A stretch of DNA of 64,000 bases from a virus: positions 28,146 to 92,145 of IMG/VR virus record IMGVR_UViG_3300033150_001135; one strand, 5' to 3'. The notes beneath the pieces were generated by a model. That model saw only the letters and a list, made by a program, of their open reading frames with translations. It was not told the origin of the DNA and did no database searches. This document shows, piece after piece, positions 1 through 10,484 of this stretch; the first letter of the stretch is position 1; each line of letters begins with the position of its first letter. The position numbers were made by a program, and so were the translations under genes.

Positions 1-639
1 GTGACAAGTATTGCTGGTAACGTACTAACGATGAAAGGAAACCACGTGTTGCGGTATACAGAAGGTACGTATGTTGAAGTTGGTGACGACGATAACAGTG
101 GGGCGGGGTTCAAAATTACTAGTATTAACTATACTACGAATAAGATTACCTTAGATGGTAATCCTAGTCCCGGAGGGGGAACCCCTGCTACTGTTACTCC
201 TTGGTGGCCATCTTCTGGTTCAGAGGTTGGAACACCTGGACATGGAAAACTTGGGTTGGTTACTGTTGATGGTTCGAACGCTATTATTATGGAAGCTAGT
301 GTGGATGTTAATAACAATATTAAGTATTACGAAGAGGAAAAGAATAATCAGTGGACAGCAGAACGTTTTGCTCGACCTACGAAACGAGGAATAGAAGGTT
401 CCTTACGGTTAAAGTTCTTGGATGAAGGTAATTCGTATTTCTATAGAGCTGACTACCAAATTTCCGATGCTTTGATCATTCCTGTGGGGAATGTGTCTGG
501 GTATATTATGGAACTTCAGATTCCTTATGCGGAGTATAGAACTCCTTCCATTTCTGGTGGCGAGGAGTTTGAGCAGGAGATTCCTTTTGTGGCAGTAGCT
601 GGTTCGGGAAACGATGAGTTTAAAATCGTTTTCAAGTAA
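1..639 (+). CDS. Tail tube (major tail) protein, C-terminal part (5' truncated by window)
   Basis: Beta-rich ORF ending in a tail-tube-like C-terminus (EFKIVFK); lies just before the chaperone pair and tape measure. Confidence 0.7.
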   Translation: MTSIAGNVLTMKGNHVLRYTEGTYVEVGDDDNSGAGFKITSINYTTNKITLDGNPSPGGGTPATVTPWWPSSGSEVGTPGHGKLGLVTVDGSNAIIMEASVDVNNNIKYYEEEKNNQWTAERFARPTKRGIEGSLRLKFLDEGNSYFYRADYQISDALIIPVGNVSGYIMELQIPYAEYRTPSISGGEEFEQEIPFVAVAGSGNDEFKIVFK

Positions 640-683
640 TAGTTACTAAGTTTGAGGAGTTAAGAAGAGAATTTGTGAAAAAT

Positions 684-729
684 AAAAGACTAAGGGGTGG
701 GATTAGTAGTATTCCACCCCTTATCTTTT
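684..729 (+). terminator. Intrinsic terminator-like hairpin
   Basis: TAAGGGGTGGGAT / ATTCCACCCCTTA stem followed by TCTTTT, downstream of tail tube stop. Confidence 0.6.
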
Positions 730-745
730 AAATTATAAAAAATTT

Positions 746-1246
746 ATGGAGGTAGTAAAGAAAATGTCTAATGAAAAGGTAATGACTAGTCAGGAACTTG
801 CTAGTTTAATTAGAAAAGCTGGTGAGAAGGAACGAGTAAACGAGTTTGAGTTTCCAGAGATTTCAGGGTTTAGGGTTAAACTTGCTTATGCGAGTAAAAT
901 GCTTATGTCTCAAATACGGGAAGTGGCAAGGGTTGTTAGGAAGAATTTTAGAACAGGACGTATAATTGAAGACTTTGATGAGGAAAAACTTAGAGATGCC
1001 TACGCAAACTATATTGTTAAGGGTTGGAAAGGTCTTACAGTAGACCGGTTAAGAGAATGTATACCTGGTATAAAGATTACGGGTAAGAGAGGAAGTGAAG
1101 AAATACCCTATTCTGTTGAAGTGGCAACAGCTCTAATGGATGTTTCTGCCGAGTTTGAGAATTGGATTGTTGAAGTAGCAGGAGATGTACACAACTATAA
1201 AGATGTTGCTATTAAGAAAAAGGAACAGCAAGAAAATTTAGACTAG
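746..1246 (+). CDS. Tail assembly chaperone (gpG-like)
   Basis: Position between tail tube and tape measure; ends in slippery heptamer A AAT TTA (1234-1240). Confidence 0.7.
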   Translation: MEVVKKMSNEKVMTSQELASLIRKAGEKERVNEFEFPEISGFRVKLAYASKMLMSQIREVARVVRKNFRTGRIIEDFDEEKLRDAYANYIVKGWKGLTVDRLRECIPGIKITGKRGSEEIPYSVEVATALMDVSAEFENWIVEVAGDVHNYKDVAIKKKEQQENLD

Positions 1247-1704
1247 TGGCGTGGTGGTGGGTACATGATGTAGAAAAAAAGTATGAGGATTGTAAAAAGT
1301 TAGCTTCTCAATCCTCATTCGAGAAAGGGTCGAGAGTACGAGTAAAGAGTATAGAGGATTGTGAAAAAATACTAGAAGAGTCTCAACCTACAGATGAAAA
1401 CTATCCTATTGTTATCCTCTACAATGAAATGCCTAGAAAATTTAATCCAGTATCCGGTATTAGAGAAATCTCTGTTGAGGATATTAGATTTGTATTTAAG
1501 TTGTATAATGTACCTGAGGAACTATATTATGACTACTACCACCGGTTGCTTTACTTTCATGACCAGGTAGTTAAGTATGGGGTAGAGCTTGAGAAGAAGA
1601 AAGCGAAGAAGAGAAAAGAAGACAATGAATGGAGAGAAAATGTCAGAAAGAATCGTTTTTCTCTACCACCAAAAAGGAGTATTCATAGGAGATCATACAA
1701 GTAA
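1246..1704 (+). CDS. Tail assembly chaperone frameshift extension (gpT-like)
   Basis: In the -1 frame relative to the upstream ORF, open from the AAATTTA site. Confidence 0.65.
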   Translation: MAWWWVHDVEKKYEDCKKLASQSSFEKGSRVRVKSIEDCEKILEESQPTDENYPIVILYNEMPRKFNPVSGIREISVEDIRFVFKLYNVPEELYYDYYHRLLYFHDQVVKYGVELEKKKAKKRKEDNEWRENVRKNRFSLPPKRSIHRRSYK

Positions 1705-4700
1705 TGCCTAGTAAAGACCTTGTACTAGTTCTTGAGTTCGACGATAAAGGTAGCGCAAAGGTAAAGAAAGTTATTAGTGTTACCAGAGACGAACTACGAA
1801 AACTTGAGAAACAATCAGACTCTACGGGTAAGTCTACTCGTGAGATGGGAGACTACGTAGAGAAAACTACTAGTCGTTTTGAGAAGTTAGCTAAGAAGCT
1901 TACAACTGTTGGTGACGGAATGAAGAGGGTAGGTAAAACTTTATCTATGCGTGTTACGTTACCAATCATGGCTCTTGGTACTGCAGTGGTAAAGATGGGT
2001 GCCGATTTCGAGCAATCGATGATGAATGCAGCATCTATTTCTGGTGCAACTGGAGAAGAGTTAAAAATGATGACTGAGGTTGCACGTGATATGGGGGAAA
2101 AGACAGTTTTTTCTGCGAAGCAGGCGGCAGATGCATTCTACTATATGGCATCAGCAGGTTGGGGTGCTAACAAAATGGCAAAGGCGATTGAGCCTACCCT
2201 AAACCTTGCAGCTGCAACTCAAGGTGACTTAGCGTTTACTACTGAAACTGTTATTGCTGCTTTGAATCAGTTCCAACTAACTGAAAACGAGGTGGGAAGA
2301 GTAACAAATGTTTTTGCTTCAGCTATTGGTGGGTCACAAGCAACATTAGAGAAACTTGGTACTTCGATGACTTACGTTGGTCCGATTGCTCACAGTATGG
2401 GTATGGAGATCGAAGAGGTTTCAGCACTGCTGATGTCACTATATAATGCGGGTTACCAAGCCTCTACAGCTGGTACATCATTAAGAATGGGGTTTGCTAA
2501 ACTTATGAAAGGAACTGGTGAAACGGAGAAGGCTTTGAAAGGGTTAGGACTTTCTTTAGAGCAAATTGATCCACAAACTCATAAACTTGCAGATACTATT
2601 CGATTACTAGGGGAACGGGGTGCAACCACTAAAGACTTGATTGAGATTTTTGGAATAAGAGCCGGTCCTGCTTTTGCAGCACTTATCGCACAAGGCAGTG
2701 ATTCTATAAAACAATTCGAAGCTAGATTACGTAGTGCTGGTAATGCTGCAGGTGAAATGGCGGAGAGACAGATCAATACAGTAAGTGGAAGCTTTAAACT
2801 ATTAACTTCAGCGTTAACTGAAACAGCGTTATCTTTTAATGAGATTCTTGGACCAGCAGTAAAGAAGGTCCTTGATAATACCCTAATTCCCCTTATCAAG
2901 CAACTAAATGCGACTAGTAAAGAAACAAAACTAATGATTTCTGTTATTGCTGGACTGGTTGCTGGGGTAGGTCCTTTGCTGACTGTTTTTGGTACTCTTC
3001 TCACTTTTATTCCAAAAGCAATTTTTGGGTTTAAATTGCTAGGGGTTGCGATAAAGTCTTGCTTAGGTCCAGTTGGTTTAATTGTGGCATCACTTGGGTT
3101 TCTTATTGAAAGAGGGATCGTAGCACGAAAAACATTTCTTAATTTAACTGATGCAATAGAAGAGTATGAAGCGGTAACAAGTGAGAAGGTTGGTTGGTTA
3201 AAGAAAACGTGGACTAGTTTGAATGCAACAATTAATGAAATGACAACAGGCTACCATGATGCTAAAGTTGTTGCTGCCGCATATAGACGAGAAACTATAC
3301 AAGTTAGAAAAGAGCAGGCAGCCCTTGGTAAGAAAGTTATTGAGCAGGTTACCAGTACTGAACTATATACACAAACAATAGGAAAAGCGAAGGACGTTTT
3401 GAATATTTTTAGAGGTGTTCTTGGAATGCAGACTCTTGAAGAAAAGAAAGCTAAAGAGGTTGCATTGGAAATGGTAGCACAGTACCAGAGAAGAATTGAG
3501 GAAACGACTGATTTGATTGAAAAACAAGAGTTAATGGAAGCAACAATAAACAAGATTTCTAGCGCTTTAGAAACCAATAACTTGTTAACAGACGAACAAA
3601 GAGCTATACTTACAAACTATATGGAAGGTTTAAAAGCAACGATAGGTGCTGAAAAAGAGACTGAGAAAGTAGTAGAAGGACATGGACAGAAAATAAAGGA
3701 GTTGACTGAAAAGTATATGCAGATGTTACCTTCTTCACAGAACGTAACTATGTCATTACAAGCTATGCAATCGGCTTTGTCAGAAATTGAAGCCAAAGGT
3801 GGTGACACTTCTGTTGCTATGAGTATGATGGAAGACGGAATACGGTCTCTTTATGAGGAAGCACAAAAGGCTGAACAACTTTTTGATACTCCTATTCCTG
3901 AGGCTCTACAGAAGTTGTATGACAAACTTAAGAAAGTAACTGAAGAAGTAGTTCTTCTAAAAATGGAGTTGCCTGGTGCTACGGAACAAGGAAAACTATT
4001 AGCCAATACTGTTGCTTTGATGGGAGGATCTTTCGTAGGAGCACAGTCTGCTGCTGAGTTCTTTGGGATTAGTTTACGATCGAATGCGAACCAAGCGTTG
4101 AGTGAAGCTAAGTTGAATTTTGATGCATTAAGGCAGTCAGGAGAGTTTGCAAAGCTAACTATAGAGGAACAATCTGCTGTTGTAAAGAAGATGGCTGAGA
4201 TGTATAAGGCTGCTGGTAAGGAAGTTCCTTCTAGTTTACAGAGTATTATTGATAAGTTGAAGCAGACAGACAATACTGTAGTTAATTTCATTTCTAAGAA
4301 TGAGAAAAACTTTGCGACTCTTGCTACTGGTATCATTGGGCTTGGGGAATCAATAGGAGGAACTTGGGGAGGTATACTTTCGGAGTTAGGTGGTACTGTT
4401 AGTCAGTTTGTTTCCAACTTATCTAATAACTTAGAGGGTGGAATTGGTGCTGCTCTTGGCTCTATTTCTGGTATGTTAGGAAGCCTTGGAGGCATGATAG
4501 GTTCGGCTATCAGTGGTGCGTCAAAAGAAGGGCGAGAAACTTTTGCAAAGATGGGTGCAAGCCTTGGGCAGTCAATCGGAGGCATGTTTGGTCCTATCGG
4601 TAGTGCTGTCGGTTCAATAGCCGGGGGGTTGCTCGGAGGGCTTTTTAAGAAACCGAAAACAGAGGCAGAAAAATTTGCAGATTCGGTTGAAGGTGTTACA

Positions 4701-6410
4701 AAAAGTCTTGAGAGATATGGTGAGGTTTCCGAAGCTACAGCTAAAGTAATAGCAGAGGATATGAAGGATGGTATGAGCCAGGCTGCTGCTGAAGCAAAAC
4801 ATTTCGATGAAATCTTAGAAGATATAGAAATAACTGAAAGTAATTTAGATTCACTTTGGAGTGATGCGACGAATACGTTAGATGCAATAGCTTCTGGGGA
4901 ACTATCTGCGGCAGAGGGGGCGGAAACTCTTGGCAATTCGTTTAGTACTCTTCTTGAGAATGCTCAAGAGTTTGGCACAGAAGGGTCTGCTGCTATGGTC
5001 GATTTTATCAATCAGGTGAAAGCGTCTGGTCTCGAGGTTGCTGAAGTAACAGACTATATTAACGACCAGTTAGGTGTAATTGATTCCGGGACGATGAATG
5101 CGGCTCAAGGTCTTGAGGCTATGGCGGAAGGTGTGGGCAATAACCAGGAAGCATTAGCAAGACTAGAAACCCAAAGTCTTGCTGTATTTAACGCAATGAT
5201 TGAAAACGGAGCGACTTATGCTCAAGCTATGGAATCCATCGGGGGAACGTTGGATGCGATTATAGCGAAACACGAAGAAATGGGAACAGAAGCAGGAGCA
5301 GACATTCAAGAACTTATGAAGATACGTGAAGTGACTGAGTCTCATAAAGGTCTTTTTAATGCTATAGAAGGTAACCTCGCTGTAATGGATGCTTTAGCGA
5401 ATACTGGTTCACTAACTCAAGAAACATTTATGAACTCACAGAAAGAGGCAGTCAACTATTTCAATCAGTTGAAAAATGCAGGATTATCACAGAATCAATC
5501 TCTCGCTCAGATGGCTCCTACGTTAGAAAGAATAGCGTATCTTGCAAGAGAACACGGATTAGCAGTTGATGAAACAACTCAGAAACTGATCAATCAGGCA
5601 GAAGAGCAGGGACTGATTGATACGAAGGTGATGTCAATGCAGGATACTATGATGGCTGGGTTTGGAGAAATAATAAAAGCACTCGGAGGAGATGTCCCAG
5701 CTGCGTTTCAAGAAGCTATGGACGCTATGAATGAGATGACTAATGCTAGCGTACAGAACGCTACTACAATGACTTCGTATTATAATCAGTCAGCCGTAGA
5801 TATTAGTAGTAAGTTTGGGGAGGTAGCAGGAGAGATGAGTTCTGAGTTTGCTCGTTTGCGGGACGATACAAAGATAAAGTCAGAAGAAATGACTAACCAT
5901 TGGGAAGAGAGAATTCGGTCAGTTGGCGAGACACAGAGAGAGATAACAGGAAAGATGATAGAGAATGTTCAGTCACTATCTGAAAAGACTGGAAAACAAT
6001 TTGAAAAAATGGATAAGTCCGCAAGGGAGAAGTTTATGAGTATGACCGATGCTGCAAAGGGTTCGATGGAGCTAATGGCTAAGACATTTGGTACTGGTGC
6101 GGAGGCTATGAGTAAAGCTCTTGGCGGAATACAATTCCCAACACCTCCAGGTGGAGGAAAGGGAACTCCTGCAATCGCTGCTCAAGGTGGTTTGGACATG
6201 ATAGTCGATAGACCTGTACAGCCTATTCTTGCTCACCAAGGCGAACACGTTAAAATAACCCCCAAAAGTGAAGTTACAAAAGAGAAGCAGGGTACTAGAA
6301 ATATTTATATTAGTATGAATATTTATGCCCAAAAGCTTGATGATAGAACAATTTATGAGGCAAAGGAAAAACTATATCGCGCAATAAAGATGGAAGAACG
6401 GAGAACGTAA
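1704..6410 (+). CDS. Tail tape measure protein (TP901-family core)
   Basis: 1568 aa, Ala/Gly-rich helical; core motifs GEKTVFSAKQAADAFYYMASAGW and AGTSLR; hydrophobic segments. Confidence 0.93.
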   Translation: MPSKDLVLVLEFDDKGSAKVKKVISVTRDELRKLEKQSDSTGKSTREMGDYVEKTTSRFEKLAKKLTTVGDGMKRVGKTLSMRVTLPIMALGTAVVKMGADFEQSMMNAASISGATGEELKMMTEVARDMGEKTVFSAKQAADAFYYMASAGWGANKMAKAIEPTLNLAAATQGDLAFTTETVIAALNQFQLTENEVGRVTNVFASAIGGSQATLEKLGTSMTYVGPIAHSMGMEIEEVSALLMSLYNAGYQASTAGTSLRMGFAKLMKGTGETEKALKGLGLSLEQIDPQTHKLADTIRLLGERGATTKDLIEIFGIRAGPAFAALIAQGSDSIKQFEARLRSAGNAAGEMAERQINTVSGSFKLLTSALTETALSFNEILGPAVKKVLDNTLIPLIKQLNATSKETKLMISVIAGLVAGVGPLLTVFGTLLTFIPKAIFGFKLLGVAIKSCLGPVGLIVASLGFLIERGIVARKTFLNLTDAIEEYEAVTSEKVGWLKKTWTSLNATINEMTTGYHDAKVVAAAYRRETIQVRKEQAALGKKVIEQVTSTELYTQTIGKAKDVLNIFRGVLGMQTLEEKKAKEVALEMVAQYQRRIEETTDLIEKQELMEATINKISSALETNNLLTDEQRAILTNYMEGLKATIGAEKETEKVVEGHGQKIKELTEKYMQMLPSSQNVTMSLQAMQSALSEIEAKGGDTSVAMSMMEDGIRSLYEEAQKAEQLFDTPIPEALQKLYDKLKKVTEEVVLLKMELPGATEQGKLLANTVALMGGSFVGAQSAAEFFGISLRSNANQALSEAKLNFDALRQSGEFAKLTIEEQSAVVKKMAEMYKAAGKEVPSSLQSIIDKLKQTDNTVVNFISKNEKNFATLATGIIGLGESIGGTWGGILSELGGTVSQFVSNLSNNLEGGIGAALGSISGMLGSLGGMIGSAISGASKEGRETFAKMGASLGQSIGGMFGPIGSAVGSIAGGLLGGLFKKPKTEAEKFADSVEGVTKSLERYGEVSEATAKVIAEDMKDGMSQAAAEAKHFDEILEDIEITESNLDSLWSDATNTLDAIASGELSAAEGAETLGNSFSTLLENAQEFGTEGSAAMVDFINQVKASGLEVAEVTDYINDQLGVIDSGTMNAAQGLEAMAEGVGNNQEALARLETQSLAVFNAMIENGATYAQAMESIGGTLDAIIAKHEEMGTEAGADIQELMKIREVTESHKGLFNAIEGNLAVMDALANTGSLTQETFMNSQKEAVNYFNQLKNAGLSQNQSLAQMAPTLERIAYLAREHGLAVDETTQKLINQAEEQGLIDTKVMSMQDTMMAGFGEIIKALGGDVPAAFQEAMDAMNEMTNASVQNATTMTSYYNQSAVDISSKFGEVAGEMSSEFARLRDDTKIKSEEMTNHWEERIRSVGETQREITGKMIENVQSLSEKTGKQFEKMDKSAREKFMSMTDAAKGSMELMAKTFGTGAEAMSKALGGIQFPTPPGGGKGTPAIAAQGGLDMIVDRPVQPILAHQGEHVKITPKSEVTKEKQGTRNIYISMNIYAQKLDDRTIYEAKEKLYRAIKMEERRT

Positions 6411-6411
6411 T

Positions 6412-6762
6412 ATGGCTTCTGTAAAACTTGGCGTTAAAGATAGTGAAACAACACTTGTTAAGGTTCAAGTTTCTCGTCCTACAGGTATTGTTAAAGGGTA
6501 CTCCCGAAGAGTTATGATTGATCATTCAAAAAGAGTTGGAATGTTTAATTCATATCGTACATGGACTTTAAATTTTCTACATCTAACTAAAGCAGAACTA
6601 GATGATATTATAACCGAAGTACAAAGAAAACAACAACTCCGTTTTCAGGATTCTTGGGAGTCAGATACGTGGTATGATGTAATTGTTACTTCCTTTTCTT
6701 ACGACTACGAGACGATTACAGCATCCCATTACGTTGCGACTTTAGAATTAGAGGAGGTGTAG
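6412..6762 (+). CDS. Distal tail-like protein
   Basis: Small beta-rich ORF directly after tape measure, ends LELEEV. Confidence 0.55.
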   Translation: MASVKLGVKDSETTLVKVQVSRPTGIVKGYSRRVMIDHSKRVGMFNSYRTWTLNFLHLTKAELDDIITEVQRKQQLRFQDSWESDTWYDVIVTSFSYDYETITASHYVATLELEEV

Positions 6763-6764
6763 TA

Positions 6765-8111
6765 ATGCAAAGCCTTCAAGGACTGTCTTCATCAGATTTT
6801 AAAGAAAAAGTTTCTCAACCTGTTTCCAAACTAGAAATCTACCATGACGAGGATAAAGAATGGAAAAACCTTTGTGCTTTAGGAGGCAAAAACTATCTTA
6901 TTTCTATAGATTACTCAAGTGGGCAAAAAGAACTGGGGTATAAACCTGTAGCCGCTTCTATTACAATTGAACTTGATGATACAGATGGGGACTTGAACCC
7001 TAAATGTGAAAGTGGATTATATACTGACTACTTAAAAGTTGGAAGAAAAATTCGTTTCTATACTGGACTTTATACTAATGATACTGAATATTTCTGGCAG
7101 CAGTTTATTGGAGTTATTGAGGAAATTACTGTAAACAGAAAGGAGGAAACTATAACTATTCGGGGTTCAGACTATACACAGCGTCTTATAGAGACAAAAC
7201 TTCTAGGTTCTGACAGTTACTGGGGGACCTCTACTACAAAATCCACGGTAGATGGTCAGACTGAATACGAGTTACCTGCTGACTGTAAAGGAGTTTACTT
7301 AGTTTACCTTGATGGCGAACCAATTTACGATCAAGATTACTGGACTTACGATTACTCGTCAAACAAATTATATTTCTTCCCATCGAAAGCTCCTGGGAAT
7401 GGGACAGATAATTTAGTCATTTACTACTTTATAACCCAGAATGTTGAGGATGTAGTTGCTGATATTCTAGTAACCGCAGGAATTCATGAAAAAGTTAGTA
7501 ATAGTAATTTTGAAAACTGGTCGGATGGTCCGGCTTCTAACCCTGACGATTGGGAAACTTGGAGTTCGGGTGACTCTCATAGTATAGCTCGTGAAGGAAC
7601 AATAACAAAGTATGGGTCATATTCCGCAAAACTAACAAGAGCAGGGGAAGACGCTAGTATATTCCAAGATATTCATGCAACCAAAGGGATAAGTTACTGG
7701 CAAGGAAAAATTATAACTTTGTCAGCTTGGGTCTATGCTACAGTTGCAAATCGGGTTAGATTACGAATTGGGGATGGGGTTGGGGTTGCTTATTCAAATT
7801 ACCATACTGGTGATTCAACATGGCAGTTACTTTCAGTTTCAGCAGAAATTGATTCTAGTGCTACAAGAGTTCGATGTGGTGGATGGATTAGTGGAGGAGA
7901 TACGTCTGGATATTTCGATGGACTTACTGTAGTTAAAGGAGATGTAAGCATTCCTTACTTGGATTATACGGTTACAGGAGTAACTATTGACAGAGTTCGT
8001 TTTAACTCAGGAGTTTCCGCCCTTTATGCAATTCAAAAACTTTGTGAAAGAGTTAACTATCAATTTTTTTTCAAATACGATGGAACGCCTTATTTTAAAG
8101 CAGTTCCATAG
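6765..8111 (+). CDS. Baseplate hub/tail tip protein, N-terminal part, with inserted carbohydrate-binding-like domain
   Basis: Hub-like motifs (LKVGRKIRFY..FIGVIEEI..ITIRGSDY; ALYAIQKLCE..FFFKYDG) flank an NSNFENW-starting jelly-roll-like segment. Confidence 0.6.
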   Translation: MQSLQGLSSSDFKEKVSQPVSKLEIYHDEDKEWKNLCALGGKNYLISIDYSSGQKELGYKPVAASITIELDDTDGDLNPKCESGLYTDYLKVGRKIRFYTGLYTNDTEYFWQQFIGVIEEITVNRKEETITIRGSDYTQRLIETKLLGSDSYWGTSTTKSTVDGQTEYELPADCKGVYLVYLDGEPIYDQDYWTYDYSSNKLYFFPSKAPGNGTDNLVIYYFITQNVEDVVADILVTAGIHEKVSNSNFENWSDGPASNPDDWETWSSGDSHSIAREGTITKYGSYSAKLTRAGEDASIFQDIHATKGISYWQGKIITLSAWVYATVANRVRLRIGDGVGVAYSNYHTGDSTWQLLSVSAEIDSSATRVRCGGWISGGDTSGYFDGLTVVKGDVSIPYLDYTVTGVTIDRVRFNSGVSALYAIQKLCERVNYQFFFKYDGTPYFKAVP

Positions 8112-8150
8112 GAACATATATATATAGGAATATATAAGAAGGAGATAAAA

Positions 8151-8504
8151 ATGGGTTATTCAACAGTCGGAAAAAACAAAATGCTTGATGAATTGGCAGC
8201 AGTTGCTGTTTATGTTTCACTTCATAACGATGCTCCTGGTGACAACGGAGCTAACGAGATTTCAGGTGGTTCTCCCGCATACGCAAGGAAAGCTATTACT
8301 TGGAACGCTGCTTCTGGTGGAGCTATTGATTCATCAAACCAACCGGAATTTGATGTACCAGCAGGGGAAACAGTTAAGTATGTAGGATTTTGGTCTGCAT
8401 TGACTGGAGGAATTTTCTACGGTTATGCGGATGTAGATGATGAAGTTTTTACTAACCAAGGAAAATACACTCTTGATGATGTCGACCTTGACTTGAATGG
8501 ATAA
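8151..8504 (+). CDS. Small virion structural/tail protein
   Basis: YVSLH..PGDNGANEISGG..YARKAITW pattern typical of phage tail-associated proteins. Confidence 0.6.
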   Translation: MGYSTVGKNKMLDELAAVAVYVSLHNDAPGDNGANEISGGSPAYARKAITWNAASGGAIDSSNQPEFDVPAGETVKYVGFWSALTGGIFYGYADVDDEVFTNQGKYTLDDVDLDLNG

Positions 8505-8514
8505 GTTTTAAAAA

Positions 8515-10341
8515 ATGGCTATATCATTCGACGCATCGAGCCACGACAAAGACAGTGACGTCTCATCGCTGACTTTTTCACACACAGTAGGTTCTGGAAG
8601 CAACAGAATTCTGGTCGTCGGAATCTATAATAAAAGCGGAGGTGACCTTGTTACTAGCGTAACGTTCAATGGAACCGCACTCACTAGGCTAGGGACAGCA
8701 AGCGGAGGGAGTCTTAACCAAGGATACTTATACTATCTTCTGAATCCGGACACAGGGACTCATAACATTGTCGTAACGCTTTCTGGTGAAACGACAGCAC
8801 TTCATGCGGCAGCGGCGTCGTTTTTTGGTGTTGATAGTTTAGATAACTTAGATACCGATAGCGGGACTAATGGGTATCGTTCTTTAAGTATTTCTGGTCT
8901 AGGAAGCGGCGATTGGTGTGTAGGGATTTGCGCTCATACGTCAGGGACAAGCTGTACGTTGGATGCTGGAGACGACAAAAGAGCCGAGGAATGGGGGGTC
9001 ACGGTCGCTACGGATGATGACGGAAGCCTTGGTTTTACTTTCACTGATAGTCAATCATCAGCGGTGGGTGGACGTTTAGTATCATTTATTGAAGAACATT
9101 CTGGTTCAGGAACAATATCTGGAACCGGTAGTCTTGTTGTATCTGGAATAAAAGAAGGAATTGGAACTGGTACAATATCTGGAACCGGTAGTCTTGTTGT
9201 ATCTGGAATAAAAGAAGGAATTGGAACTGGTACAATATCTGGAGGTGGTTCCTTGACCGGTAGCGGTATAGCTTGTATTCCTGTTTTTGTTTTTGAAAAG
9301 GAGCTTACAAGTAACTTTCAATACATAGAAAATATTGATGAAGTTCGAAACCATATTGTTGTAGAGGGCGAAAAGTATACAATTCTTGACGATATAGTTA
9401 GACTAGCAAGTGGTGAAGATATGATGGATGAAAGTATTGAAGACCGTCATCTTAAGCAAGTGGTGACTGAGTTACCTTACGAGGCTCAGGAGGTAGTAAC
9501 TCCATCTAGAGATGTTATAGTGCCTTTCTATCTTCCTAGTAGTTTGTTAACAGTTAACTACGTAGAAATGAATCTTTATTTCCCTGGTTTGCAGGATGGG
9601 GACTATCCGAAAAACAGTCCGAATATTTATTTGACACCGACGAATTGGATGATGCTGGTTAAGAAAAATGGAAGTTTTGTTGATCCTGGAAATGAAATTG
9701 ATTTTGAGGTTGGAACGGGAGCGAATGGGTCAGATTACTGGTGGTATCGGGGATTTTTAAGGTATCATTTGGCCTCATTATTTGGGTTTAAGGTTGATAA
9801 GGCGGAGTTACATTGGAGCCTCAGAAATAAGGCGTTTCGAGGTTCGGGGGCGAATGCTCAGCATTCTATTGATTTGGATTCTATCAATGATTTTGGGACA
9901 CCGAGCAGTTCTATGTGGGGTATGGCGACGGAGGTCGATCATGGAGTGATTCAGGAGTATACAGATAGTAATTATGGTTCGTATTTAAAAGCGGTGACAG
10001 AGAGAGTTTCTAGTTTAGTAGGTGAGTTGACGAGTTATGCTTGTTTTAGACTGAGAAGTGATAGTGAGCCTACGGATGTCAATAATGCGAATAATTATCG
10101 CTACCAGATTCCTTGGACACTTTATGTGGAACTTTCAGAAGATACATCGGAGAGTGTATCGGTGTATGCGGATAATGGTTCAGGGTTTGGTTCATGTTTA
10201 GGGTCCTATAATTCAGACCAAGAGGAGATTGATCTGACTTCTCAATTCTCGGGAAGTGGTAGAAAGAGGATTAAACTGACCTGCTCAAAAACGAGGCGGG
10301 TCGATGTATTGATTCGAGTGGGGTTAACAATAAGCCGATGA
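8515..10341 (+). CDS. Mosaic tail/receptor-binding protein
   Basis: Ser/Gly/Thr-rich beta domains, internal 20-aa repeat and a hub-like segment (EVRNHIVVEG). Confidence 0.55.
   Translation: MAISFDASSHDKDSDVSSLTFSHTVGSGSNRILVVGIYNKSGGDLVTSVTFNGTALTRLGTASGGSLNQGYLYYLLNPDTGTHNIVVTLSGETTALHAAAASFFGVDSLDNLDTDSGTNGYRSLSISGLGSGDWCVGICAHTSGTSCTLDAGDDKRAEEWGVTVATDDDGSLGFTFTDSQSSAVGGRLVSFIEEHSGSGTISGTGSLVVSGIKEGIGTGTISGTGSLVVSGIKEGIGTGTISGGGSLTGSGIACIPVFVFEKELTSNFQYIENIDEVRNHIVVEGEKYTILDDIVRLASGEDMMDESIEDRHLKQVVTELPYEAQEVVTPSRDVIVPFYLPSSLLTVNYVEMNLYFPGLQDGDYPKNSPNIYLTPTNWMMLVKKNGSFVDPGNEIDFEVGTGANGSDYWWYRGFLRYHLASLFGFKVDKAELHWSLRNKAFRGSGANAQHSIDLDSINDFGTPSSSMWGMATEVDHGVIQEYTDSNYGSYLKAVTERVSSLVGELTSYACFRLRSDSEPTDVNNANNYRYQIPWTLYVELSEDTSESVSVYADNGSGFGSCLGSYNSDQEEIDLTSQFSGSGRKRIKLTCSKTRRVDVLIRVGLTISR
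9112..9243 (+). repeat. Perfect 60-bp tandem repeat (about 2.2 copies) in tail gene
   Basis: 9121-9180 is identical to 9181-9240; encodes GTGSLVVSGIKEGIGTGTIS twice. Confidence 0.95.
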
Positions 10342-10484
10342 ATATTATATTGTTTATTGTACTAGTAATACTTTCTTTAATTGTTTTAGTATTACTTTGG
10401 AGTCTTTGGAAAGTTGGATGGGATATAGTAGCTTATGTTTTGACGCAGTTTAAGAATGAGTTGAAGGGGGGGAAAAGGCAATGA
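10338..10484 (+). CDS. Small membrane protein (48 aa, below ORF-track cutoff)
   Basis: MNIILFIVLVILSLIVLVLLWSLW..; ATGA overlaps at both ends. Confidence 0.55.
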   Translation: MNIILFIVLVILSLIVLVLLWSLWKVGWDIVAYVLTQFKNELKGGKRQ

